Notes: generated by a model from the letters alone, not told the origin. Positions 39,545-50,190 are shown, numbered from the stretch's first letter. The stretch: DNA of 64,000 nucleotides from Spirochaetia bacterium (GCA_965203905.1 CBDBDQ010000005.1:224001-288000); one strand, 5' to 3'. A program made the numbers and translations.

Positions 39545-40342
39545 CTAGGCGAGCATGTCCTTGAAGGCGCCCGGCGGCACCGGAACGGGCCGGCCGAGCA
39601 TCCACTGCCACATCTCGGTGCGCAGCTCCCACTCCTTGTAGTGGTCGGAGGAGTGGTCGACGGGTCCGACGTGCGCACGGATGTGGCGCGGGGCGACTTC
39701 CGGGAGCGTTTCCGGCTCGTGGTTCCAGCTCGGCTCCGTCGGCGTGGACGTCCGGTCGAACAGGAACTTGAGCATGTAGCGGTAGCGGCCGGTCAGGTTG
39801 CGGGTGGCGGCGTGCCAGAGGTCGTAGTGGGTGATGGCCACGGTCCCGGCGGCCACCGCCAGCGGCACCTGGCCCTTGATGTTGGCGTAGGTCGCCAGCC
39901 GCTCGGTGGGGGCGTTGCGTAAGTGGGTACCGGGCATGATGATGGTCGGTCCCTGCTCGGGCGGTACGTCATGCGGGTAATACATCGCCAGCACGCACCA
40001 GACCTGGTGATGGCGTACGTTGGTGCCGTCCTGATGCCAGTTCTGGCTGCGTGACCCGGGCGCGTTTACGTGCAGGTGGCGATGGCCATTCATCACGTAG
40101 TCGCCGCCGAGGAGGCTGATCAGCGCGCCGCGCACCTCCGGGTGGGCGTAGACCTGGTGCAGCAGCGGGACGGAATCGAGGATTTCGTTGCCGACGCGCT
40201 TCACCTCGCCGCACTGCTCGGCGATCGCCTCGTTGAGGCCCTCAGGGTACTCGGGGTGCAGCAGGTGATAGCCGTGGGTGATGAAGCGCAGCACCTGGTC
40301 GTCGGATAGCAGCCGTGGCGGCTGCGTGCTCAGATCAGTCAT
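39545..40342 (-). CDS. PhyH family dioxygenase
   Basis: FITHGY, WHQD, PGTH, AGTVAITHYDLWH. Confidence 0.85.
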   Translation of the reverse strand: MTDLSTQPPRLLSDDQVLRFITHGYHLLHPEYPEGLNEAIAEQCGEVKRVGNEILDSVPLLHQVYAHPEVRGALISLLGGDYVMNGHRHLHVNAPGSRSQNWHQDGTNVRHHQVWCVLAMYYPHDVPPEQGPTIIMPGTHLRNAPTERLATYANIKGQVPLAVAAGTVAITHYDLWHAATRNLTGRYRYMLKFLFDRTSTPTEPSWNHEPETLPEVAPRHIRAHVGPVDHSSDHYKEWELRTEMWQWMLGRPVPVPPGAFKDMLA

Positions 40343-40748
40343 CGTACTCCTCCATTTTCTCGAGGATGAACTCATGTCCCATCAGGTCGATCTCACGATC
40401 GTCGAACGGCGCCCGCTGCTGCGGAAAGTGGACCACGCGCCAGCCTTCAACTATGGCGTCGTGGACGTTGCGGTAGGGCAGCTCGGGAGCCTGCGGATCG
40501 ATCTCGGTGACCGCCCCGGCGACAGGCTCGTGGATGGCGGCGGCCACCAGGTTGGCGTGGATGCTCGGCGTGTTGGCGTGCAGGTACAGCAGCCGCTGGC
40601 GCAGCCGGCGGCGGGAGCCGCGGGCATCGGCCAGTAACCGGTCGAGGTCGCTCTCGCTCAGGCCGCCTCCCGCCTGCAGTTTGCGGCGCGCGGCGTCCAC
40701 CCACGCGGCGACTGGATCGGCTGGGGAAGGCTTCGAGGCGGCTGACAT
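40335..40748 (-). CDS. Hypothetical protein overlapping the start of the PhyH gene
   Basis: 137 aa, high-GC codon usage, 8-bp overlap with PhyH; motif Y..VHDAI.EGWRVVHFP. Confidence 0.65.
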   Translation of the reverse strand: MSAASKPSPADPVAAWVDAARRKLQAGGGLSESDLDRLLADARGSRRRLRQRLLYLHANTPSIHANLVAAAIHEPVAGAVTEIDPQAPELPYRNVHDAIVEGWRVVHFPQQRAPFDDREIDLMGHEFILEKMEEYDD

Positions 40749-40790
40749 CGCGAATGCTCGTGTCCACTACCCTACCCCATACCCGGAAGA

Positions 40791-40846
40791 AGTACGACCC
40801 CACCCGGCCAGCCGGCGGCCGGCTGAGGTCCGGGTGGGGTCGTACT
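40791..40846 (-). terminator. Long perfect hairpin downstream of second SBP gene
   Basis: 17-bp perfect inverted repeat agtacgaccccacccgg/ccgggtggggtcgtact with inner cagccgg/ccggctg stem. Confidence 0.6.
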
Positions 40847-40859
40847 CAACTCGGGTCGT

Positions 40860-42884
40860 TCAGCTCTGGTCGAAGAACCACTGATAGGCGAATACGCCGT
40901 TGTTGAGGTGGGTCGTGTGCTCCTTGAGCATCACGTTGCGGAGCGTGTCGCGGCGCAGCCGCACCGAGGGTGGCGGTCCCACGACGCCGACATACCACAG
41001 GTTCTCCACCCGCAGGTCGTACGCCTCGCGCGCCAGGCGCACCCGCTCATCGGCATCCTGAGTGACGGGGATGGTCTCCCACAGGTTGTACCACTCCCGC
41101 ACCTCGGCCGGCGGCTCCTCGCCATGCTCGCCATCGGTCTGGAACCAACGCTTCCATTCGCGTCCCCAGAACTGGCTTCCGGCCCACCAGTTCACCTGAG
41201 TGAACAGAATGTCGGTCCTCGACATGTCGATCTTCCACAGACTGATGTGCGACTCGTTGGCATCGTAGCGCTGCCACAGCCCGCCTCCGGTCAGCTCGTC
41301 CACCGTGGTCTTGACGCCGATGTCGTTCCAGTGGGAGGCGATCAGCTCGGCGGCCCCGGCGTGGCTCCCGAGGCGGTTGGAGATGGTCAGGATGACGTTG
41401 AGCACCTCGCCGTCGGGACGCAGCACGAAGCCATCCTCGTTGCGCTTGAGCCCGATGTCGTCGAGCAGCCTGCGGGCGCGTTCGGGATCGTACTCGGCAA
41501 ACGCGCGCGCCCGGCTCTCGTCGTATACCGGCGAGTTGGCCGGGGCGGCGGCCTGGGTCGGCTCGGCCAGTCCCAGGTAGGCGAGTTCACTCACCTCCTC
41601 CCGATTGATGGCCAGTGACATTGCCTGCTTGAAGGTCACGTTGCTGAACAGCTCCCGCAGCACGGGGTCCGGCACCGTGTGATTGAACAGCATGACCACT
41701 TCCAGCGTGTGCCAGTTTTCCCACGCCGGTAGCGACGTGTCCAGGACATAGTTGTTGGCCGCCACGCTCTGACTGAGTATTCCGATTTTGTCGACGCTCA
41801 CGTCGATGCAGGAAAAATCCACGTCTCCGCTCAACAGGCGGCCCGCCCGCAACTCCTCGTCCTCGGAGACAATGGCCACGACACGGTCCAGGTAGGGCAG
41901 TTGATTGCCGGCGGTGTCGATGGCCCAGAAGTAGGGGTTGCGCGTGAACGTGGCCCGCTCCGGCGAGAAGTTCTCGAAGTCCCAGGCTCCCATCTGCGGG
42001 ATCTCGGGATTCCGTATCCAGCCCTGCCGGGCCATGAAGAGTTGAAACCAATGCTCGAACCCCGCCTCCTTGGCCAGCTTGTTGGCGTCGGCGTTGTGCT
42101 CCAGGTGAAACTGCTTGAGGTAGTGAGCGGGACGGTAGGAGCCGTGGTTCGACCACGCGGAGCCCCATCCGGTGCCGGCGGAAAAGGCATACTCGGCGGT
42201 GGCCCAGGGTTGGGCAAAGCTGAACTGCACCGTATAGTCGTCCACCTTGTCCACCTTGACCGGCACGCCCCCGGGCTTCCAGATACCGGGATACACCGGG
42301 AACAGCTCCTCGTTGCCATACATGTCGACGAAGTTGAACACCACGTCGTCGGCCGTGAACGGTGCGCCGTCGGACCACTTGAACCCGCTGCGCAACTCGA
42401 TGGTGAAAGAGGTAGCGTCGGCACTGGATTCCCACCGCTTGGCCAGACCAGGCCAAGCCCCGGCGGTGAGGTCCGAGCGCTGCGCCTGGAGGATCTCCCC
42501 GGAAGCCATGTGCTGCTGTAGCCGGTCGATGAAGTCAGCCCGCCAGAGAATCGTGTTGACGGTGCCGCCGTAGGTGCCGATCTGCTCGTCGGGGCGCACC
42601 ACCAGCGGTTCCTCGCCCATGCGCTCCTGCAGCGGCGGGAGCTGTCCCGCGGCCACCTGCTGCGCCAGCGTCGGCGCCTCCTGCCACGAGTCGATGCGGT
42701 TGCCCGTTTCGGCCTCGTAGGCGGCCGGCGTGGCCCACAGGTTGAAGCCGAGCCGCTCCTCCTCCATGGCGCCGCCCGCCGCACCCTGCTCCGGTTCCGC
42801 TTCGCCGCCGGCGAAGACCAGGCTGCCGGCGCACAGCCACACCGCAACGGTCGCCATTCCTGCCTTGATCCAGTTGAATCTCAT
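40860..42884 (-). CDS. ABC transporter substrate-binding protein, family 5
   Basis: Signal peptide ending FAGGEAE, GQLPPLQERM, KWSDGAPFTADD, RNPYFWAIDTAGNQLPY. Confidence 0.92.
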   Translation of the reverse strand: MRFNWIKAGMATVAVWLCAGSLVFAGGEAEPEQGAAGGAMEEERLGFNLWATPAAYEAETGNRIDSWQEAPTLAQQVAAGQLPPLQERMGEEPLVVRPDEQIGTYGGTVNTILWRADFIDRLQQHMASGEILQAQRSDLTAGAWPGLAKRWESSADATSFTIELRSGFKWSDGAPFTADDVVFNFVDMYGNEELFPVYPGIWKPGGVPVKVDKVDDYTVQFSFAQPWATAEYAFSAGTGWGSAWSNHGSYRPAHYLKQFHLEHNADANKLAKEAGFEHWFQLFMARQGWIRNPEIPQMGAWDFENFSPERATFTRNPYFWAIDTAGNQLPYLDRVVAIVSEDEELRAGRLLSGDVDFSCIDVSVDKIGILSQSVAANNYVLDTSLPAWENWHTLEVVMLFNHTVPDPVLRELFSNVTFKQAMSLAINREEVSELAYLGLAEPTQAAAPANSPVYDESRARAFAEYDPERARRLLDDIGLKRNEDGFVLRPDGEVLNVILTISNRLGSHAGAAELIASHWNDIGVKTTVDELTGGGLWQRYDANESHISLWKIDMSRTDILFTQVNWWAGSQFWGREWKRWFQTDGEHGEEPPAEVREWYNLWETIPVTQDADERVRLAREAYDLRVENLWYVGVVGPPPSVRLRRDTLRNVMLKEHTTHLNNGVFAYQWFFDQS

Positions 42885-42979
42885 TTCCTGTTCTCCTGAT
42901 TACCTGTTGGACGCGAGCCTGGCGTCCCTATTCCAATCCTGGTCGACTATTTCCTGTTCACCTCCTCGTCCCATGCTGA

Positions 42980-44077
42980 CTACTTGTACGGATCGGCGGC
43001 ATCCCTGAGCCCGTCGCCGACGAAATTGAAGGCCAACACGGTGACAATCACGAACAGCCCCGGAAACATGAGCCAAGGGTAGAGCACTATGGTCTGCAGA
43101 TTCTGCGAATCCTGCAACAGCGTTCCCCAGCTTACCGCGGGCGGGCGGATCCCCAGGCCGAGAAAGCTGAGCGCCGTCTCACCGAGAATCATGGCCGGTA
43201 TCTTCAGCGTCACGCTGACGATGAGGTAGCTCAGAAACGAAACCAGCAGGTGGCGCACGATGATGTTGCTCTCGGTGGCGCCGGCCAGAGCGGCCGCCAT
43301 CACGAAGTCGGCCTCGCGCAACTCCAGCAGCTTGCCGCGCACGACACGGGCGAGATCGGTCCAGCCGACTACCGACAGGATGATGGTGATGGCGAAGTAG
43401 ACCCGAATCGACGACCATTCGGCGGGCAGCGCGGCGGCCAGCGCCATCCACACGGGAATCGTCGGCAGCGACATCAGGAACTCGATGATGCGCTGGATCA
43501 CGAGATCCGCCACGCCACCGTAATAACCCGATATCCCGCCGAGGATCACGCCGAGGAAGAAACTGAGGGCAACTCCTACCAGGCCCACGGTGAGGGAAAC
43601 CCGCGCCGCGTACAGGTTTCTGGTCAACAGATCACGGCCAAATTTGTCGGCGCCAAGCAGAAACAGCGGATGTCCCTCGGCGCCGACGAAGTGGATGTCG
43701 GCAGGGAACATCCCCAGCACCAGATACTCCTCGCCGCGCACGAAAAACTTGATCGGAAAGGGCGTCGAGCGGTCCACCTGATAGGTGATCAACATGGTGC
43801 TGCGGTCGATCTGCTTCTCCATTCCATAGACGAACGGAGCGTGCAATCTTCCCTGGTGCAACAGGCGTACGCGCTGGGGCGGAGCGAAAGCAAACTTGAT
43901 GTGGCGTTGGGCCGGCACCGACGGCGAGAAGAACCCGCACAGCATGGCGACCAGGTACACCGCCAGCATGACGGCGGCAGCGGCCACCGCCAGCTTGTGC
44001 CTGACAAAGCGGCGCCACATGAGCTGCGACTGCGACGCCACGAAATGACGCTCGTCGGCGGCGATACGGTCGCTCAT
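42980..44077 (-). CDS. Dpp/Opp-type ABC permease C
   Basis: WRRFVRHK, LGADKFGRD, ETALSFLGLG, GDGLRDAADPYK; start at ATG 44077 (ATGA overlap). Confidence 0.92.
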   Translation of the reverse strand: MSDRIAADERHFVASQSQLMWRRFVRHKLAVAAAAVMLAVYLVAMLCGFFSPSVPAQRHIKFAFAPPQRVRLLHQGRLHAPFVYGMEKQIDRSTMLITYQVDRSTPFPIKFFVRGEEYLVLGMFPADIHFVGAEGHPLFLLGADKFGRDLLTRNLYAARVSLTVGLVGVALSFFLGVILGGISGYYGGVADLVIQRIIEFLMSLPTIPVWMALAAALPAEWSSIRVYFAITIILSVVGWTDLARVVRGKLLELREADFVMAAALAGATESNIIVRHLLVSFLSYLIVSVTLKIPAMILGETALSFLGLGIRPPAVSWGTLLQDSQNLQTIVLYPWLMFPGLFVIVTVLAFNFVGDGLRDAADPYK

Positions 44078-45069
44078 CGGGCCACCCTCTCGAAGCGGAT
44101 GCGGGGATCCACCACCACCAGCATGAGGTCCGAAACGAGCGTGCCGATGACCGTCAGGAAACTGAGTAGCATGATCGTGCTGCCGGCCAGGAACATGTCC
44201 TGCTGCAGCAGCGCGGTGAACACCAGCGGGCCGATGGTGGGCAGACCGAGCACGATCGCGACGATGGTCTGTCCCGACACGATTGCGGGCAGCAGCCAGC
44301 CGACCGTGCTGATCACCGGATTGAGTGCCACGCGAACCGGATACTTGAGCAGCAGACGACGCTGAGTCAAGCCCTTGGCACGGGCGGTGATCACGTACTG
44401 CTTGCCCAGTTCGTCGAGCAGGGAACTGCGCAGCACGCGGATCAGCGACGCGGTACCGGCCATGCCGATGACGATGACGGGGACCGGCAGGTGCTTGAGC
44501 AGGTCGATGACCTTGCCGAGGCTCCATGGGGCGTCGATGTACTCGCCCGAGAACAGTCCCCCGATGCTGAACCCGAACAGGTAGAAGAAGGCCACCATCA
44601 GCGCCAATGCCAGCAGAAAATTGGGCACGGCAAGACCGATGAAGCCGATCACGGTAACGACGTAATCGCCGAATCCATACTGATTGGTAGCGGAGTAGAT
44701 GCCGATCGGGATGGCGATCACGTAGACCACGAGGAAGGACAGGATCGACACCGTTATGGTGATTGGAAGACGCTCGGCAAGGAGCTCGGAAACCGGCCGG
44801 TTGAAGGTGAAAGAGACGCCGAAATCACCGTAGGTCATCTTCCGTATCCAAAGCAGGTATTGCGCGTGCAGTGGACGGTCGAGACCATACTGTTTGGTCA
44901 GCGATGCGATCATCGCCTGATCGACGGCTTCGCCGGTAGCCTCCAACTGGGAGATGTACTCGGTAATGTAGTCGCCGGGTGGCAGTTGGATGAGGATGAA
45001 GGAAACCGCTGACACCAGCCACAGCACGAAGACCATGTAAACGATGCGCCGGAGGATGTAGCCTGCCAT
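44074..45069 (-). CDS. Dpp/Opp-type ABC permease B
   Basis: YILRR, YGLDRP, TARAKG, DPRIR. Confidence 0.92.
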   Translation of the reverse strand: MAGYILRRIVYMVFVLWLVSAVSFILIQLPPGDYITEYISQLEATGEAVDQAMIASLTKQYGLDRPLHAQYLLWIRKMTYGDFGVSFTFNRPVSELLAERLPITITVSILSFLVVYVIAIPIGIYSATNQYGFGDYVVTVIGFIGLAVPNFLLALALMVAFFYLFGFSIGGLFSGEYIDAPWSLGKVIDLLKHLPVPVIVIGMAGTASLIRVLRSSLLDELGKQYVITARAKGLTQRRLLLKYPVRVALNPVISTVGWLLPAIVSGQTIVAIVLGLPTIGPLVFTALLQQDMFLAGSTIMLLSFLTVIGTLVSDLMLVVVDPRIRFERVAR

Positions 45070-45111
45070 CGGTTGCTCCCACTGTCGTGCCGAAGACCGG
45101 CGCTGTCAAGC

Positions 45112-45473
45112 TGAGGTGGTCCCGGTCTGTTGGGCAGTCCGAAGGGTAAGGTTAAGGTGTATCCCGTTGGTTGTCAACCCACCCCTCCATGCTCCAAACA
45201 GGCGGCGGTAACGGGGGGTGGGGATACGGGGGCGGGGGGTGTTTGATCCTGTGGATATGTGGATAACTCCCCGCTCCGAATTGCACACCCGCTTGCCCCC
45301 TGACCCGGTATCCCGCAGTTGCCACCCGCTCCCCATGTCCGCTACGCCACCTGCTGTCCGGGCGCCGCGGCGCCTCGGTAGGCCTCCACCGGCGTCCGTC
45401 CACCCAGCGCCGAGTGCGGTCGCACGTCGTTGTAGAACTCGATCCACTCCTCGATCACCCGCTGCGCCACGAA
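45112..45473 (-). mobile_element. IS3-family remnant: right end and integrase C-terminus
   Basis: End sequence TGAGGTGGTCCCGGTCTGTTGGGCAG at 45112; minus-strand 45473-45342 translates FVAQRVIEEWIEFYNDVRPHSALGGRTPVEAY..* (YN..RPHS.LG..TP motif). Confidence 0.8.
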
Positions 45474-46612
45474 GGGTGGTCGGATCGAGTCCCGGCGGTG
45501 CCCGACCGGTTCTCACCAGGTGGTTCAGGATCTTTTTGATTTGCACGGGATTCTGGATCACTGCGATCACGGGATTGCCTGCGGCAATCCTCTAACCGAG
45601 CTCCGCAGCGGGGGCAGACAAGTGGGTCGACTTCGTAGACCCGAGCGAGCAGGCGGGCCAACGTAATAACGCATGCCGACGTTCACGCGCGTCGGGAGCG
45701 TCGGTTTCCGTTGCGGGCACCTTTGGGCTCTCGGCCCTGTTGGATGCGGTGGCGGCATTCTGGTCATTTTGACTCGTCCATCCTGGTGGCGCCCGCTGGA
45801 GAACGTAGGGCATGCGCGTCCAGTGGCCCTTGATCCGCGAGGAGTACAAACCATAACGACGAATGAGTTGCACCCGCGCCGGTGGGATGTGCTGTAGAGT
45901 TGCCGCAGGCAATCTCCGAGCTCGGCAAGGAAGTCCAGAGCGTCGAAGAGGTGCACGATTTCTGGCGCTGGCACTCCCAGCGCTTGAAATAGTCCGAGTA
46001 CGTAGTGTGGAACAACACACGACCTTTGAAAGATTCATAGCGGATCTTCTTCCAGCGCTTGCGCGGAGATCGCAGCGCGTGAGACGTATTCAGCCAGAGA
46101 TCGCTGCACACCTTGATCGAGGATGCGAACTGAATTGTCAATGCTAAAGCCGGAGTGCCGCCAGGAGAGCATGTTACGCGCGAAGCGGCGGTCGAGTAGC
46201 TTCTGATCCACCAGCAACGCGACCACACGGCGACGCAGCAGCTCGGTCATGGCCTGCAGGTGGCCAAGCGGTATGTACACGAAGGTACCCTGATCGTCGA
46301 AACCGCCTTCCAAGACGATTGCGTGGAAATGAGGGTTCCAGCGCAACATGTCGCCGAATGTCTGGTGAGCGATTACGACACCGGTCCGAATCGGCCTACC
46401 GGCAGCTTGATGATAGAACTCCTGGATGATGTGGTAGATCAGCCGCGAGACATGGCCAAACAGCCGGCGGTCGTGGCGGAAGAAGATGCGCAGCGCCTTC
46501 GGCAGGGCGAACACGAACTGGCGCTGCGGAAAGTTCAGAAGCACCTCGTCGGTGAGATGCTCGGCAAATAAAAGCGTCCGTTTCTGGCTACACGACGGGC
46601 AGAGGTAGAATC
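45474..46612 (-). mobile_element. IS91/ISCR-like Y2 (HUH) transposase pseudogene
   Basis: Pieces in different frames: YLCPSCSQKR, QFVFALPK.LR, WNPHFH (HUH), HSGFS, LAEYVSR, IRRYGLYSSR, ARLLARVYEVDPLVCPRCG; N-terminus missing. Confidence 0.85.
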
Positions 46613-46704
46613 AGTTCACAGTGTGGCGCCAGGCGAGTCCGTTCGCTACGCGCCGCGCAACAGCTGGCGACCGATCGTCGGGGCCGCGGGTGGTTTCACG
46701 GTGG

Positions 46705-46795
46705 GTCTCGCAGGCCGTCAGCCATGAAGTCGAAGCACAGCTGCGTGACGACCACGAAGATGCTGGTATCAGCAGCCACGGGTGCAGCCACGGAG
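46705..46795 (-). pseudogene. Degraded 3' fragment of a DppC-type permease
   Basis: Translates (with one 1-bp gap) HPWLLIP-IFVVVTQLCFDFMADGLRD, matching the C-termini of the two intact permeases in this window. Confidence 0.6.
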
Positions 46796-47685
46796 CTATG
46801 CGCGTCCGATACTGTCTTGTCTGTCAGGAATGGGCGTAGGGCTGCGAGCTGGAATCGGCTCGAGCAAAGCAAGCCGCTGCGACGTCAGGCGGGAGCGGAG
46901 CCCATCTGACATGTCGTAGTTGAAGCGCGCCCGCAGGTGCCTCGCAGAGTAGCGATATATGACCGCGCGCCGATACCCGTCGTTCGTGCGTTCCGCCGAT
47001 CCGTGTGTAATGGCGTCGGTGAAAAACAGAGCATCCCCCGCCTTGAGGTGCATCTCCTTCATACCAAGCGCGGTGCCTGCCGCCTCGGTTCCACTTCCAG
47101 CCGAGACGATGCCTTTGCCGTCTTCCATGAGGCGGGGATGGACCTCAGTCGTCTTGTGACTTCCGGGTACCAGCACGGTCGGGCCGTCCCCGGGACCGAT
47201 ATCCTCCAGCGCCATGAGCACGTTGATCTGCCCGACCATCCACTCGCCGGTATTGTGCTGTCGAAATGTCAGATAGCTCAGCGGCGCATGGCCGCCGCAG
47301 TGAATGTACAGGTGGCCGCCCCTCCCGCGCACGTTCAGGAGGTTCTCGTGAATCGACACTCGGTTGACAGGATTATGTACTTCTTCGCGAGGTCGATCCA
47401 AGCTGGGTGGTCGATCAGTCGCTCGAACACTGGCCCAGCCTCCACGATATTCTGGAAGTTGACGCCGTCGTCGATGCCATAACTGTGTGTTTCGACGTGC
47501 CCGATCCACCGACTTCGGGCCTCTTCGCCTGCACCTTCCTGCGGCCGCTCCACGTAGTCCCAGTGCGCATCCACCCAAGCGTTCAACTCGGCGAGGTCGG
47601 CACCCGAGATCGCATTCTCCAGTAACAGATAGCCGCGCAAGTCGAAGAGATAGTCGTTGTGTCGTTCATCAACGGAATGGGTCAT
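46796..47685 (-). pseudogene. PhyH family dioxygenase split by a frameshift near 47374
   Basis: YLFDLRGYL..LIDHPAWI..KKYI in one frame continues as NPVNRVSIHE..HCGGH..PGSHK..AGDALFF..THGS in another. Confidence 0.75.
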
Positions 47686-48007
47686 CAAGGTCCCTTTAGT
47701 TTGCATTCTGGATCATCGAGTGCATTGATGGCAACACCAGGTTCCATGCCAACACTCTCGCATGCTCGCTTCGTTCACTGAGACTTGGGAGAGACCTGAG
47801 TCTCCGACAACCTGCGAGGAACGGCATCGCTGCCGCTCCCCGCCGAAGCCATCCTGCCGGGCTGAGTCGTTCGCCTGGTGCGCTGGCCGCGTGCGCCGCG
47901 GTGGCCGCGGGATCCGCCGGCTTCACTGAACCGGCAGCGGCCGGTAGAATGGAAGCCCCGGTCGCCAGCGATGGTCGCCGGACTCTGTCGAACACGGGAG
48001 CAGCGTC

Positions 48008-49282
48008 ATGTTCATGAACCGGTCCGTACTGGATTGGCCAACCGGCGTTTCCGTCTACCAGCCAGACAAGTGCTACAATGGCTACACGGTCGTGAATCCG
48101 TTCATTTCCCGGACCGCGTATCTGATTGATATGAGCGGCCGGGTGGTGCACACTTGGCAATGCCGCGAGGTGGACGAGGAGGGCGACCCGCTCTATCCGA
48201 TTTTCGTCGAGAAACAGGCTGCTGACGCCTGGATGAGCCTGCGCTGGCGGGAGCCGGCAAAGGCGCCGCGGCTGTCACCCCCGTATCCGCAACACAGCGT
48301 GGCGCAGCTGGCCTGGGACGGCAGCGTGGTGTGGCGCTATGACCCGCCCGCGGGGAGCGTCCCGCATCACGACCTGGAGCGGCTCGAGAACGGCAATACC
48401 CTGGTCCTGATGTTGCGCATGGAGCAGCTGCCACACATTTCCGATCGCCTGATGCAGAACATCGTGTTTGCCGAGGTGGATGCGGAAGGACGCACGGTCT
48501 GGGAGTGGAACGCCGGCGACCACTTCGACGAGTTCGAATTCTCCGCCGCGGCGCGCAGCCTGATGCGCGAAAAGGGCGGCGACATCTTTCATGACAACAC
48601 CGCCACCGTGGTGCCCGGCAATGCCCTGGGCCGTCGTGACACGCGCTTCGCCAAGGGCAACATCCTAGGCAGTCAACGCAACACCAACCTGATCTACATC
48701 ATCGACAAGCAGAGCGGTGAGGTAGTGTGGCAGTGGGGCACCGGTGAAGCTCAGCTCGTGGGCCAGCACCACCCCACCATGTTGGCAAACGGAAACATCC
48801 TGATCTACGACAATGGGGGCCAAGCCGGGTACCCCACCAGGTATCGATTCAACTCACGACTGCTGGAGATCGATCCGCTCACCGGTGACACGGTGTGGGA
48901 GTACGGCTACGAGTATTACCAGCGTCAATCATCGAAATTCCTGTCATCTTCGTGGGGCTCGGCGCAACGGCTCCCCAACGGAAATACCTTCTCGCTCGAT
49001 ACCCACAAGGGGCGGCTGTTCGAAGTAACCCCACTTGGGGAAATCGTCTGGGAGTACATCAGTCCGTTCCCGTGGGGTACCACGCTGGTGGGGCACGGCG
49101 CCCATCACAACCAGAATCTGACCAAGACCGAATACGGAATGTATCGCGCTTTCCGCTACGGCTACGACGAGGTGCCGCAGGTCGATCCCGAGTATCGGGG
49201 CAGAGATGGCGCCGCCGCCGTATCCGCTACGCCTGCGAAGCTGCCGCCGCGGATGGGTCTTCCGTCGACCGACCTGCCCTGA
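48008..49282 (+). CDS. Aryl-sulfate sulfotransferase (ASST) family beta-propeller protein
   Basis: HHD...LENGN, FHDN, QHHP...NGNILIYDNG, SAQRLPNGNT, YRAFRY. Confidence 0.82.
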   Translation: MFMNRSVLDWPTGVSVYQPDKCYNGYTVVNPFISRTAYLIDMSGRVVHTWQCREVDEEGDPLYPIFVEKQAADAWMSLRWREPAKAPRLSPPYPQHSVAQLAWDGSVVWRYDPPAGSVPHHDLERLENGNTLVLMLRMEQLPHISDRLMQNIVFAEVDAEGRTVWEWNAGDHFDEFEFSAAARSLMREKGGDIFHDNTATVVPGNALGRRDTRFAKGNILGSQRNTNLIYIIDKQSGEVVWQWGTGEAQLVGQHHPTMLANGNILIYDNGGQAGYPTRYRFNSRLLEIDPLTGDTVWEYGYEYYQRQSSKFLSSSWGSAQRLPNGNTFSLDTHKGRLFEVTPLGEIVWEYISPFPWGTTLVGHGAHHNQNLTKTEYGMYRAFRYGYDEVPQVDPEYRGRDGAAAVSATPAKLPPRMGLPSTDLP

Positions 49283-49287
49283 CGGTG

Positions 49288-50190
49288 ATGGCAACACGAA
49301 CAGCGTACCGCGAGCTGACGGCGGACCAGGAGCGGCAGTTTCTCGACCACGGCTACGTGGTGATCGAGCAGGCCGTGGCGCGCGACCTGGCCGAACAGTG
49401 GCGCGACCTCGCCTACCGCCGCCTCGGCTACGATCCGCACGATCCCGCCACCTGGCTGGAGCCAAAGGTCCACCTTCCGGTCATGAACCGCAGAAAGGTG
49501 TCCGAGGTCGCGCCGCGCGCCTGGGCCGCGATCTGCGACCTGCTCGGCGGGGAGCAGCGTGTCCGCACCGGGGCGGACTACTCGTTCGGCGACTCCTTCA
49601 TCATCAACTTCCACCACGGCGCCGACCAGCCGTGGCAACCGCCCTCGCCGCAGGTCGCGGGCTGGCACAAGGACGGCGACTTCTTCCGCCACTTCCTGGA
49701 CAGCCCGGAGCAGGGGCTGCTGACCATCGTGGTCTGGTCCGACATCGAGCCGCGCAGCGGCGGCACCTTCGTCGCCACCGACTCGGTACGGCCGATCGCA
49801 CGGCACTTGGCGAACCATCCGCAAGGTCTGCTCCCCGCCGAGGCCGGGTTCGGCGCGCTGATCGAGCACTGCTCGCGCTTCGTCGAGCTGACCGGGCGCA
49901 CCGGCGACGTGGTGCTGCTCCACCCCTACATCCTGCACTCCGCCTCGTACAACCCATCCGGCAGGCCGCGCTTCATCACCAACCCGGCGGTGGCGCTCAA
50001 CGCTCCCATGAACTTCAGCCGCAACGATCCCGCCGACTATTCGCTGGTGGAACGCGCCGTGCTGCACGCCCTCGGCGTCGAGCGGCTCGAGTTCCTGCAT
50101 ACCGCACCGCGCGCACGCGTGGTACCGGAGCGCGAAGCGATCCAGGCGCGCATGCTGGCGCAGGAGAAGCAGCGCCTCGGCATCTCTTGA
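49288..50190 (+). CDS. PhyH family dioxygenase
   Basis: FLDHGYVVI, GWHKDGD, GDVVLLHPYILHS; ATG at 49288. Confidence 0.82.
   Translation: MATRTAYRELTADQERQFLDHGYVVIEQAVARDLAEQWRDLAYRRLGYDPHDPATWLEPKVHLPVMNRRKVSEVAPRAWAAICDLLGGEQRVRTGADYSFGDSFIINFHHGADQPWQPPSPQVAGWHKDGDFFRHFLDSPEQGLLTIVVWSDIEPRSGGTFVATDSVRPIARHLANHPQGLLPAEAGFGALIEHCSRFVELTGRTGDVVLLHPYILHSASYNPSGRPRFITNPAVALNAPMNFSRNDPADYSLVERAVLHALGVERLEFLHTAPRARVVPEREAIQARMLAQEKQRLGIS

Noticed and set aside
42884-42970. Duplicated GAACAGGAAAT with a strong GAGGAGG upstream of the SBP gene (possible small peptide)
   Set aside because: No suitably spaced start codon with an open frame.
45250-45266. DnaA boxes suggesting oriC
   Set aside because: Only one perfect and one imperfect box, inside an IS3 remnant; no dnaA/dnaN context or unwinding element.
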